Made by a program: the position numbers and the translations under genes. A stretch of DNA of 64,000 nt from a virus (Duplodnaviria; Caudoviricetes): positions 1-64,000 of the IMG/VR virus record IMGVR_UViG_3300037423_000960. One strand, 5' to 3'. The notes below the pieces were generated by a model. The model made no database searches. It saw only the letters and a list, made by a program, of their open reading frames with translations, and was not told where the DNA came from. Position 1 is the first letter of the stretch; every line of letters starts with the position of its first letter. Below, in pieces: positions 8,965-17,643 of the stretch.

Positions 8965-9501
8965 ATGACCTATCTACGACTCGCAGCGCTTGGTCTAATG
9001 CTCTCGGTCGGCTCTTGTGCTGGTGGGGACGCTCTCACTGCAAAGCCTGTCCAGTGTCCGGACGGATATCAGCGGAAGGGAAATAAGTGCGTCAAGGTGC
9101 CTGCACCGACACCTGTTCCTGAGCCTACGCCTACTCCGACTCCAGAGCCTGCGCCGACGCCTGTGCCAGAGCCGACACCTACTCCGACTCCAGAACCTAC
9201 GCCGACGCCGAGTGGTAATTGGGTCTCTGCTCCGATGCAGTTTGACGGCTACGCGCGCCTCAAAGTTCAGGCGAAGGGTTGGCCGAAGCCGACAGGCACG
9301 GCGAATCTATCGTCCTACGACTACACGAACATTTACCGAACAGCTCCGTCTGGCGAAGTTTTCCGCGTAATCTCTAACGCTGGTTTCTACGCGGACAACA
9401 CTGGTCGTAAATTCTGGCCTGTGATCTCTCTCACCAATCTTGGGGAGATTCTCTTCTTCTACGACGACGAGCTCGAGGGTGTAACGAAAGCTACTCCGTA
9501 A
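8965..9501 (+). CDS. Predicted lipoprotein with a Pro/Thr-rich linker
   Basis: GGAGGT RBS; signal peptide ending VGSC (lipobox-like); [16 protein letters not shown] repeats. Confidence 0.7.
   Translation: MTYLRLAALGLMLSVGSCAGGDALTAKPVQCPDGYQRKGNKCVKVPAPTPVPEPTPTPTPEPAPTPVPEPTPTPTPEPTPTPSGNWVSAPMQFDGYARLKVQAKGWPKPTGTANLSSYDYTNIYRTAPSGEVFRVISNAGFYADNTGRKFWPVISLTNLGEILFFYDDELEGVTKATP
9100..9210 (+). repeat. 48-nt tandem repeat (2+ copies) encoding [16 protein letters not shown]
   Basis: Two near-identical units plus a partial third, read directly from the sequence. Confidence 0.85.
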
Positions 9502-10304
9502 TGGGAAGACCTCCTGCGAAGACTAGAACTTTCCGCTTCTGTCCTTCTTGCGGGACTGATCTCGAGTCGTTAGAGCCGATACGCTTCAAGGATCTCTACG
9601 CGGATCCGTTAGGAGACACTTACTGGAGGGGGCGGGAAGTATCTCTCACTCCGACCGAGCGTATCTTAGTCAACACTCTTCTGACGGGTCAGCCCTCGGG
9701 CGGATACAAGAGAGGACGCGGAGATCGAGGCTTCTTCGTGAACTCGATCGTTCTGTGTGAGAGGGCCGGAATCCTAGCGGATAGTTTGGCCCCGATGCTT
9801 TCTAGAATTCGTGGGAAGTTCAAGCAGGTAGATCCTGACTTTGATCATATAGAGTCGGACTACAAGCACGGATATCGCTGGTCAGAGATTCACATTAAGC
9901 GACAGATAGCTGCCTTCTATCCCAACTTCGTACTGTACGACAATCAGGAACTCATCTGGCGACAGGTCTATCGCGTCCATCTCAGCGCTAAGGAGAGCGA
10001 GGTGATGCGAGTTCTGATGGAAGCCAAAGGCGAGCCGAGAAGATGGCAGCAGTTAGATGCCGAGTTAGGTTTCGGAGAAGATAACACGAAGAAATTGGTC
10101 TATCTACTTCGTGCCAAGTTCGAGAAGACAGATCCCAGCGCTAAGGCGATACATAGTCATCGAAATGAAGGCTACCGACTAGTCGCTCCTAATTTCCAGC
10201 CTGCCTTAACAGCTCGTCAGCACAGCTGCCGCAGAGGACAGCTAGCGCGGAGAAGTCCCACCTTGCAGCGTGAGACCGATGCTGCTAAGGTTGGCAAGCG
10301 TTAA
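9501..10304 (+). CDS. Transcriptional regulator: CxxC knuckle plus two OmpR/PhoB-type (ChvI-like) winged-helix domains, no receiver domain
   Basis: WRGREVSLTPTE...RIRGKFKQVDPDFDHIESDYKHGYRW and VHLSAKE...LRAKFEKTDPSAKAIHSHRNEGYRL. Confidence 0.75.
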   Translation: MGRPPAKTRTFRFCPSCGTDLESLEPIRFKDLYADPLGDTYWRGREVSLTPTERILVNTLLTGQPSGGYKRGRGDRGFFVNSIVLCERAGILADSLAPMLSRIRGKFKQVDPDFDHIESDYKHGYRWSEIHIKRQIAAFYPNFVLYDNQELIWRQVYRVHLSAKESEVMRVLMEAKGEPRRWQQLDAELGFGEDNTKKLVYLLRAKFEKTDPSAKAIHSHRNEGYRLVAPNFQPALTARQHSCRRGQLARRSPTLQRETDAAKVGKR

Positions 10305-10314
10305 CAAGGCGAGG

Positions 10315-10578
10315 ATGCCCGTTTACGTGGATCAGGCCGAGAACGGCTTCGGAAGAATGAAGATGTGTCACATGATAGCTGACACGTTGGAGGAACTTCA
10401 CGCCATGGCCGAGAGAATCGGCATGAGACGTGAGTGGTTCCAGCCCAAGTCGTTCCCTCACTACGACGTCGCGAAGGGTAGACGCCAGCAGGCGATCAGT
10501 CTCGGAGCTATCGTCTGCGATCGTAGAACCTTCGTAGGGCATCTCAGGAGGATACGAACGAGTGCTAACCTGGGATAA
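10315..10578 (+). CDS. DUF4031-family protein
   Basis: MPVYVD...MCHMIADTLEELHAMAERIGMRREWFQ...PHYD signature. Confidence 0.8.
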   Translation: MPVYVDQAENGFGRMKMCHMIADTLEELHAMAERIGMRREWFQPKSFPHYDVAKGRRQQAISLGAIVCDRRTFVGHLRRIRTSANLG

Positions 10579-10924
10579 GCGTAAGCTCAAGAATCCAGAG
10601 CCCTGCAAGGAGTGTCCCTTCAGAAAGAAGTCTCTACCTGGATTCCTCGGCGGTCACCCGTTGGAGCCGTATCGCCAGCCTCCAAGTGTAGGGATGCCCA
10701 CGAGTTGCCATTGTACGGATCATGGTGCAGACGACGAGAGGACCGGTTTCTGCGCGGGATCTTTAGCTGTGATTGCTAATGATCCCGATGTTCAACCTCT
10801 TCTCGAGTATAAGGAAGCCTGCGAAAGAGTCGGCCCACGTGAGGATTGCTTCGACTCTTTAGAAGACTTTGCACGATATCACGAAGGTGCCGACGAGTTC
10901 GCCGCCCGCTGTAGGAGATTTTAA
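10562..10924 (+). CDS. Cys-rich hypothetical protein (DUF6283-like)
   Basis: PCKECPFRK...CH...CAG motif. Confidence 0.6.
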   Translation: MLTWDKRKLKNPEPCKECPFRKKSLPGFLGGHPLEPYRQPPSVGMPTSCHCTDHGADDERTGFCAGSLAVIANDPDVQPLLEYKEACERVGPREDCFDSLEDFARYHEGADEFAARCRRF

Positions 10925-10926
10925 GA

Positions 10927-11193
10927 ATGCGGAGTACTTTCCTAGTTGTCTTGGGACTACTGTCAGGGTATCCCACAATGGCGGCGGCGGCGCAGGACAG
11001 TCTCACTCTTCGTGAGGAATGTACTCGCGATCGCTGCGTCTACTACCACGGCTCCACGAGGGAGTTCTCGGTAGAGAAGGAGTATCAAACCGATCGTCTC
11101 GTGGTACGGAATGGACAGCGAGATATCGTAGCGAAGATTACGAGGCAAGACAATGGAACTGTCAAAGTTGAGAGAGCTCGTCGGCGACGGTAA
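10927..11193 (+). CDS. Small secreted protein
   Basis: N-terminal signal peptide MRSTFLVVLGLLSGYPTMAAAAQ. Confidence 0.55.
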   Translation: MRSTFLVVLGLLSGYPTMAAAAQDSLTLREECTRDRCVYYHGSTREFSVEKEYQTDRLVVRNGQRDIVAKITRQDNGTVKVERARRRR

Positions 11194-11416
11194 GATCGCT
11201 GCGGTGACATTCATCAAGCGATCGAATGGGGAGGAGCGAAAGATGCTCTGCCGCACCGGCGTCAAGAAGGGCGTGACAGGTCGCGGTGCTGCCTACGATC
11301 CAGCCACCAAGAATCTGCTGACCGTCTTCGACATGGAGAAGCAGGCGTTCCGCACAATCCCGGCCGAGAATGTCGTGGAGATCCATGCGCGGAAACATCA
11401 CTACAACTTCAGGTAG
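11153..11416 (+). CDS. SH3/Sm-like beta-barrel protein (WYL_2/DUF2693-like)
   Basis: VTFIKRSNGEERKMLCR...LLTVFDMEKQAFRTI motif. Confidence 0.7.
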   Translation: MELSKLRELVGDGKIAAVTFIKRSNGEERKMLCRTGVKKGVTGRGAAYDPATKNLLTVFDMEKQAFRTIPAENVVEIHARKHHYNFR

Positions 11417-11503
11417 GCTGCTGATGCTTGCTCAAGGAGGCGGGGCAGGCTACATAGGGGCTAGGGCGCAACCGCGCCCCTCTTGCTGCTTGCCGCACAA
11501 GAT

Positions 11504-11547
11504 GAGACCCGCCGACACGGCCCTCGACCTCCTGGTCGGCGGGTCTC
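11504..11547. other. Perfect 13-bp inverted repeat (intergenic hairpin)
   Basis: GAGACCCGCCGAC / GTCGGCGGGTCTC with an 18-nt loop; no U-tract follows. Confidence 0.7.
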
Positions 11548-11563
11548 TAAATAGGAAGTTATC

Positions 11564-11860
11564 TTGCGAGCAATTCTGATAAACCCCGACTTCTCCAAGA
11601 TCGACGAGATTGAGGTAACTCTAGAAGGCGAACTTCCCATCTATCAGAGTGAGACCTATGCGCCTCACTGGATAGTCTCACAGACCTTACAGGGCCACGT
11701 CGGTCTAGTGAGTGAGAATGGAATCGTCGAGAAGAAACGCCTCTGGTATTTTCGCAATGTCCACATCTGGGGGCCGATGCTGATCGTCGGAGAATCTTCG
11801 CAGGGCTACGCAGACGCTTCTGTGAGCGTCGAGAAGGTGCGGGGCCTAGTGCGGCTGTAG
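11564..11860 (+). CDS. Hypothetical protein
   Basis: TTG start with AGGA RBS; last plus-strand gene before the convergence point. Confidence 0.55.
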   Translation: MRAILINPDFSKIDEIEVTLEGELPIYQSETYAPHWIVSQTLQGHVGLVSENGIVEKKRLWYFRNVHIWGPMLIVGESSQGYADASVSVEKVRGLVRL

Positions 11861-11973
11861 CGGGCGGCGGACACTGCTCGAGAGGCCATTTTACAAGCTC
11901 TCTGAGTACGTTAGCGGCAGGGCTGGTGGGCTGGCCCACGGCCAACCGCACCACAGAAACCTCAAAACAACAT

Positions 11974-12813
11974 CTATTTTGTACGAATCGTCCAACGATC
12001 GTCGGCGAGGTTCTCGTCGGCTGCGAAGCGCAGGTCTAGATACCCGTAGCCGCTGTCACCCCACGAACTATCCCAGCTATTCGCGAAAATGAGCACCTGC
12101 TCCGGAATGGCGCTGAGAGGAATACCCGCCGTGACGAATTTATGAGCGGTGTCAGACTCGCGGAACTTTAGATCATAGCCACCGTACTGAAGAGCGTGAC
12201 CACCTTCCATAGTCTCGCCGGCTTCGGGATACGGAATAATGCCAGTGCGATCGGCGAGCGAGGTGAACATAGAGCTGTAGCACGAGATGCCCATCACGAA
12301 ACCGTGACCAGAGGCCAGACACGCGATCATCTCCTCGACACTCGGGCCAACGCGAATGTACTGACCGAACTTCTTGCGAGCGGCGTCCTTATCGGCCTTA
12401 GCGGAGGGATCCACGAAAACGTTCTTAGGTTCGTCCGGCCAGAGTTTCTCGGTCGGGACGCCGTAGCTGTTCACGACCTTAGCTCCGTCCCGAATGTAGG
12501 CACCCGCGTCGATGTCACACTCTCCGTTCAGCCGACGCTCCTCGTAGTAGATTGCGAGAGCCGATTGTTCCACCAGTTTTCGCTCACGTTCTGCCTCACG
12601 AGCCCACGCCTGACCAGTGCAGCTACCGAATTGTCCCTGATTCTTGATGCGCGGCTTGCGAAAGCGCGGAACTTCGAAACGCACAGGCGGAGTCTTGGAG
12701 AGTTCCTCCTTGCCATGCGGTGTCATGCTATAGCGATAGTCCCGAAAGTCGGGAAGATCAGGACGCCACCCTAGACCACGATTTGTCTTGACGTGAAGGA
12801 TCGGTGCTGTCAT
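11974..12813 (-). CDS. Papain-like cysteine protease (C1A family)
   Basis: QGQFGSCTGQAW (catalytic Cys), GGHAL (His), NSWDSSWGDSGY (Asn); GWRPDLPDFRD pro-region; ATG at 12813 with GGAG RBS. Confidence 0.88.
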   Translation of the reverse strand: MTAPILHVKTNRGLGWRPDLPDFRDYRYSMTPHGKEELSKTPPVRFEVPRFRKPRIKNQGQFGSCTGQAWAREAERERKLVEQSALAIYYEERRLNGECDIDAGAYIRDGAKVVNSYGVPTEKLWPDEPKNVFVDPSAKADKDAARKKFGQYIRVGPSVEEMIACLASGHGFVMGISCYSSMFTSLADRTGIIPYPEAGETMEGGHALQYGGYDLKFRESDTAHKFVTAGIPLSAIPEQVLIFANSWDSSWGDSGYGYLDLRFAADENLADDRWTIRTK

Positions 12814-12818
12814 GGAAG

Positions 12819-14777
12819 TTACTCCGCTGCGATGGGTATGTTCTTCTCGACGATCTCGCACATATTGCCGACACAGGCAAACTCGCGAGTTCCTTCTACG
12901 GTGTCGACTCCCTTCTCGTAGAGCTCCAGCTTCGTCCAGTCTATGTCGTCTGGAATGGAGCTGGCGAGAATTTCGTAAACCTTCTTGTCGATGGTCTCGT
13001 ACGGAAGCTGAGTGTAGACGCTATCGTTCTCAAAGTGTGGGAGGAAGCTGACGCCCGCGAGATGATCGAAGTTCTTGTAGACCCAACCGCCGACTTCCGG
13101 CCACTCTTCTTCACGAACACTGATGGTGCAGCTCACAGCATGCTCGGACCAGTTGAGGTTGTACAGCTTGACCAGCTCGAGATGCTCTAGGGCCGTGACC
13201 TTGTCGCGAGTAACGGTGGACTCGGCCAGCTTAGTTGGAAAGCTGAACACCGTCATATCCTGCGGCCTACCGTCGTGAGGCTCGTTAGGAACACCCATGT
13301 CGGACATGAAGATCGTAACTGGATCCTTGTTGTCCTGCGAGATTCTTCGGATATAGTGCGGCGCGTGACCCTGATGGATACCCGATGAACAGAGTACGAG
13401 CTGACTGACTGTACCGCTCGGCTTGATCGTAGTCACGGCAACGCTCGGCGAGATACCGATATTCATAGCGTGGATGCGATTATGCTTGATGGCAGTGGCC
13501 TTCATGCGCTGAAGTTCACTAGCTAGCTGAGGAAGACCCTTGTCACCACGCATGAGAGGATTGTCGTAGACGCCGGTGAGACTCACGCCAAGAAGCCGTT
13601 CTTCCTCGGCGTTAACTTTCCATTCGGGCTCAACAAAGCTGAAGCGCGTCTGAGTTGACTGCCACGTACCGAGAATACTCGCAAGACGAATCTTATCGCG
13701 AATCTCTCCGGCGCTGTCCTTTTCGCGAAGTACTACCTCGCTGAGATTGCAGAGGCCGCGCGGACGTAGGATGATCTCACCACAGGGATTAGTCCCGAAC
13801 TCGTATCTATGATCGCGACGCCCAAGATTCTGAATCTTCTCCACAGCGCCGTAGCGATTGTAGATGCCGCGTTCGCCAGACTTAGAGTTGTAGAGAGCCA
13901 ACCACTCCTCCATGAATTGACCGACCTCTGGCTTCTCGGTATAGGCGACAGAGTTGTTGGCGAGAGCTAGATGCGGCTTGTCTTGGATCCAGCCGCCTGA
14001 CTTGGCGTCACGCATACGAAGATCGCTCAGATTGCTGAGACTGATCTCCGCGCTGCGGCGAACTCCACCGACTACGACGACCTCGCCCGTCTTGGTAGCG
14101 ATCTCGTGGGCTTCGAGAGAGTTGAGCTTGCGACCAGCAGCACCCCTGAAGATGCGCACGGTAAAGCTGCACAAATCTAGCAGTGGGGCAGGCCCGCTTG
14201 CGCGCCCTCCGAACGTTCTGAGGCGCTCCCCTGCTTTTCTGACTAGGCTGGTGTTAACCCTTGGCACCCGGCCCGCGTACAGGTGCTCGATGAGCTCTAA
14301 AAACGCCTGAGACCAGCCGAGCTTACTGTCCTGCACTACGATCTCGTCGGCGACGTTGGTGAACTCGTTCGGAACCTCCGGAAGCTGCTTGATGATCTGT
14401 CTCTCCACGGAGAACCCGACGCCAGTTCCACACATCAAGATGTAGAGAATCTCGGCGAAAGCTTTCGGGCGATCGATCGGAAGATAGGCGCAGTTGAAGA
14501 CGCTGATATTCTCACGCCGTGCTGCCTCTCCGGCGGTCATCATCGCTCGCATCGAGGGCATGATCGCTAGATTGGAGACAGCATCCATCAGCTCAGAGCG
14601 AAGCTCCTGTGGAACCTTGTAGCCGTGATGTTCTTCGAGATCTTGTTCGAAATAATCGAAGTAGCGAGTGACGGTTTCGTCCCAGTGCTCTCGCCGACCC
14701 TCCTGCTCTAGATATCTCGCGTAGCGCGACTTATGAATGAAATTCTGGTACGGGGTCGGGAGCTGCTTCTGGAGCAT
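12819..14777 (-). CDS. nrdJ: Class II (B12-dependent) ribonucleotide reductase
   Basis: FNCAY, GTNPCGEI, CNLSE and TTIKPSGTVSQL motifs; no NrdB/NrdF gene present. Confidence 0.9.
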   Translation of the reverse strand: MLQKQLPTPYQNFIHKSRYARYLEQEGRREHWDETVTRYFDYFEQDLEEHHGYKVPQELRSELMDAVSNLAIMPSMRAMMTAGEAARRENISVFNCAYLPIDRPKAFAEILYILMCGTGVGFSVERQIIKQLPEVPNEFTNVADEIVVQDSKLGWSQAFLELIEHLYAGRVPRVNTSLVRKAGERLRTFGGRASGPAPLLDLCSFTVRIFRGAAGRKLNSLEAHEIATKTGEVVVVGGVRRSAEISLSNLSDLRMRDAKSGGWIQDKPHLALANNSVAYTEKPEVGQFMEEWLALYNSKSGERGIYNRYGAVEKIQNLGRRDHRYEFGTNPCGEIILRPRGLCNLSEVVLREKDSAGEIRDKIRLASILGTWQSTQTRFSFVEPEWKVNAEEERLLGVSLTGVYDNPLMRGDKGLPQLASELQRMKATAIKHNRIHAMNIGISPSVAVTTIKPSGTVSQLVLCSSGIHQGHAPHYIRRISQDNKDPVTIFMSDMGVPNEPHDGRPQDMTVFSFPTKLAESTVTRDKVTALEHLELVKLYNLNWSEHAVSCTISVREEEWPEVGGWVYKNFDHLAGVSFLPHFENDSVYTQLPYETIDKKVYEILASSIPDDIDWTKLELYEKGVDTVEGTREFACVGNMCEIVEKNIPIAAE

Positions 14778-14848
14778 CCGTTGTGTTTCCTCTTGTTTGC
14801 TCGCCAAGGGTACCAGCCTAGCCCAAATAACCCTCCAAAGACAAGGGC

Positions 14849-16279
14849 TTATGCGCCGACGAGAGGACGTACACCGCGCCGCCGAGACTTCTCTGCAAAG
14901 TGGTTGATAAGCTGCGAGAAAGCGTCCGGAATGTCGTCGTGGACTGCTGCCGGAAAGGTCAGCAACTCTTCCAAGAACTGAGGAACCCAGTCAGCTCTGC
15001 GAGGAATGAGAACACGCTTGGCTTCCATCGCAGGAATTGCCAGCTCAAAGCGCATCTGCTTGTCGCCGAGTTTCTGCGGCGCTACCGGGACGATGTTCTG
15101 ACCAGAAGTACGAAGAACCTGAATCAGCGAAGTGCCGGTGCCCTTATTCTCAATGAGGACTAGGTGCGCGCCCATGTCTGAGTTGAAGCGAGGAACTTCT
15201 CGCATCAGTGTATGGAACTCCGCCTGTTTCCGATACATTCCCTTCAGCCAGAAGCGTCGAGTCTTCAGACCCATTGCGGCTGCGAGACCTACGGTAAAGT
15301 CAGATCGCTCGTTGGCGGTACCAGCGGTGTCCCACGACACGATGTTAAGAAGAGGCTCGTCAGTGGGAAGACGATCGTAGTATTCGAACCACTCACTCTT
15401 AACCTCACCCGTCTCGGCAGGGCGCGGATGTTGTTGGTACAGAGCATTCCACTCGTCGAGATTTCCGTCGGCAGACATGCCACCCTTGATCTCGAGTAGC
15501 TTGTCCACCGGATACATCTCAGGCCACAGGGCGTCGCCGTACTTACGACCAAGCTGATGCTCGAGTTCCAACGTGGGGTCTTCGCAGATGGCCGGAAGGC
15601 TGATTAACTCGAACGGCTCGATCTCGCCACGCTCGGACTTCTTGAGAACTTCTCCAGTGAGATCGTCCTCGTGCCAACGAGTAGCGATAATGACGATGAC
15701 GCCACCTGGGAGAAGTCGCGGTACCACGTCCACGAAGAACCATTCGGAGATCTTCTTTCTCTCAGTGGCTGAGTAAGCAACCAGCTTTGACTTGTAAGGG
15801 TCGTCCACGAGGATTAGGTTGGCGCGGCGACCGACGACCGTGCCGCCGACACCCGTCGTATAGTACTCGCCTCCGGCAGTGGTATCCCATCTATCCTTGG
15901 CGCGTGTGTCTGGGCTGATCTGTATCTCGAATAAACGGCGATACATCTCATTATTGATCAGGTTACGAACCTTAGCCCCGATCTCGGCGGCGAATGGCTG
16001 AGTGTGAGAAGCTGCGATAATCTTGTCTTGTGGACGATTGCCTAGCCAGAAGGCAGGAAAGTTGTGAGAGGAATAGACGGACTTAGCGTGTGCCGGTGGC
16101 ATCGCGATGATGAGACGTTTCTTGACACCGCGGAGCGCTGCGTCGAGAGCACGACATACGATTAGGTGATGTGGCGCAGGAGTGTGAATGTTCTCGGTTA
16201 CGTAGGGAACGAAGTTCTCCATGTGCATCTTCGCCTCCTCTCGGCGAAGTAGCTCACGGATGATTGCTTCTTCGTTCAC
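14849..16279 (-). CDS. terL: Terminase large subunit
   Basis: IIAMPPAHAKS ATPase motif, LVDDP Walker B, nuclease motifs SWDTA and HDDIPDA. Confidence 0.92.
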   Translation of the reverse strand: MNEEAIIRELLRREEAKMHMENFVPYVTENIHTPAPHHLIVCRALDAALRGVKKRLIIAMPPAHAKSVYSSHNFPAFWLGNRPQDKIIAASHTQPFAAEIGAKVRNLINNEMYRRLFEIQISPDTRAKDRWDTTAGGEYYTTGVGGTVVGRRANLILVDDPYKSKLVAYSATERKKISEWFFVDVVPRLLPGGVIVIIATRWHEDDLTGEVLKKSERGEIEPFELISLPAICEDPTLELEHQLGRKYGDALWPEMYPVDKLLEIKGGMSADGNLDEWNALYQQHPRPAETGEVKSEWFEYYDRLPTDEPLLNIVSWDTAGTANERSDFTVGLAAAMGLKTRRFWLKGMYRKQAEFHTLMREVPRFNSDMGAHLVLIENKGTGTSLIQVLRTSGQNIVPVAPQKLGDKQMRFELAIPAMEAKRVLIPRRADWVPQFLEELLTFPAAVHDDIPDAFSQLINHFAEKSRRRGVRPLVGA

Positions 16280-16782
16280 TAGATCTCACCATCGCGATCT
16301 TCAGCTTCCTGAGCCTCCACGGAGCCGGGAAGTGCCTCCTGTTTCGGAGCGGGGATAACGGCTCCAATCGTAGAGGCTAGTCGCCTACGAAGCTCGTCTG
16401 AAGTCAGTTTCGTAGGGTCGAGCTGCTTGGTGGGATCTGAGTCATCGCCCGCTGGCTTCGGATCATAGTGACCCGCCGCCTTACCGAGCTGAGTCTCAGC
16501 GGCGAGAGCAACCTTGAAGTTGTCGTCGTCAAAGGCTGCGTTACGAATCTTCTTCAGAAAAGCCATGTGATCGGCTAGAGAATGCTCAGCAGACGTAGCC
16601 CTGTGCAGACGCACAATGTGACCTCGCGTCAGAGGATGCATGATCGCGTTAAGGTCAAAGCTGTCGACGCCGAGAATTCGCGCAATTCTCAGAGGATCCT
16701 TGTCACCCTTGACGTAAGCCTGCGCTAGTTCAAGCGCCTGCTCGTCAGTTAGCGTTGCTGCGGAGAACGCGATAGAGTTCAT
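16279..16782 (-). CDS. terS: Probable terminase small subunit
   Basis: Coupled directly upstream of terL; helical with an acidic tail; assignment mainly positional. Confidence 0.6.
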   Translation of the reverse strand: MNSIAFSAATLTDEQALELAQAYVKGDKDPLRIARILGVDSFDLNAIMHPLTRGHIVRLHRATSAEHSLADHMAFLKKIRNAAFDDDNFKVALAAETQLGKAAGHYDPKPAGDDSDPTKQLDPTKLTSDELRRRLASTIGAVIPAPKQEALPGSVEAQEAEDRDGEI

Positions 16783-17314
16783 AGGTAGCCCTTGCGTCGG
16801 CCATTGCGTCGTGCGCTCCAGAGAAACCCTTCGAGTCTACCAAGATCTGGTAGGCCTCTTGAAGAGAGGGCCATTTGTAAGTTCCCGGTCGCTTTGGATT
16901 CGGCAGCTTGCAGAGCGGTACGGCCTCCTTCATCGTGCAGAAGCGCGGCTTCTTGAGATTGGCTCCCCTACCGCCTTCACGAAGCGTCGCCGTCATCATC
17001 ATGTTGACGTCGAAGTCAATGTTGTGACCGACCAGAATGTCGGCCTTACCGGCGAAGCTATCCAAAAGCTGGCAGGCGCGGATGCGACTGATGCCTACGC
17101 GAGCAGTCATAGCGCGGTCGATGCGATGAACCTCGTAGGCCGCGTCGGGGATCTCGATGTCGGAGTGTACGAAGACGTTGATGGCACTGTAGACACGCTC
17201 TTCGTCGCAGAGCATGGCGCATAGCTGAACAACGTCGGGCTGATGCTCGGCTCCTGCCGGAGCGCGATAATCGTAGATTCCGGTGGTCTCGGTGTCGAAG
17301 AGACACGCAAGCAT
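16745..17314 (-). CDS. DEDDh 3'-5' exonuclease (DnaQ-like)
   Basis: FDTETTG, GHNIDFD and HDAMAD motifs. Confidence 0.88.
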   Translation of the reverse strand: MLACLFDTETTGIYDYRAPAGAEHQPDVVQLCAMLCDEERVYSAINVFVHSDIEIPDAAYEVHRIDRAMTARVGISRIRACQLLDSFAGKADILVGHNIDFDVNMMMTATLREGGRGANLKKPRFCTMKEAVPLCKLPNPKRPGTYKWPSLQEAYQILVDSKGFSGAHDAMADARATYELYRVLRSNAN

Positions 17315-17353
17315 GGTGCCAACTTTCTAGTCTAACTCAGTCTAGACCAGAGA

Positions 17354-17382
17354 GCTCTAGCTCAGCACAGCTCAGTTGACAA
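17354..17382 (-). promoter_or_regulatory. TTGTCA-class promoter for the exonuclease-terminase-RNR operon
   Basis: TTGTCA-N17-TAGAGC with GC before the -10. Confidence 0.6.
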
Positions 17383-17399
17383 GTGGAGAATTGGGGAAA

Positions 17400-17478
17400 G
17401 CGAGGGTAACGAACTCTACGTCGCCAGAGCGCAATTCCCGCTGCGCCTCAGTCACCGACGGGACGGTGATACCCTCGC
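17400..17478. ncRNA. Candidate structured non-coding element (multi-way junction); not a canonical tRNA
   Basis: 9-bp closing stem GCGAGGGTA/TACCCTCGC enclosing hairpins GTCACCG/CGGTGAT, GCGCA/TGCGC and CTCT/AGAG, inside a 330-bp ORF-free gap. Confidence 0.35.
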
Positions 17479-17643
17479 GTCTCCCTCAGCAGTCATAAGC
17501 CTCGCGGACCTTAGACTAGCCTCGGGAAGAGAATAGGAAGCAGACTACTGTAGTTTCCACCCTAGAGTGGAGGCTTGTCGCGCGGTCTGCCAGCGCCGCC
17601 TAGCTGCTAGGTGCCACGGCCTAGCTCCCGGTGCAAGCGAAGA

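Noticed and set aside
17400-17478. Calling the cloverleaf a tRNA gene
   Set aside because: It has no TTCRA T-loop, no D-loop GG, an 8-nt anticodon-position loop and no CCA; it is kept only as a candidate structured RNA.
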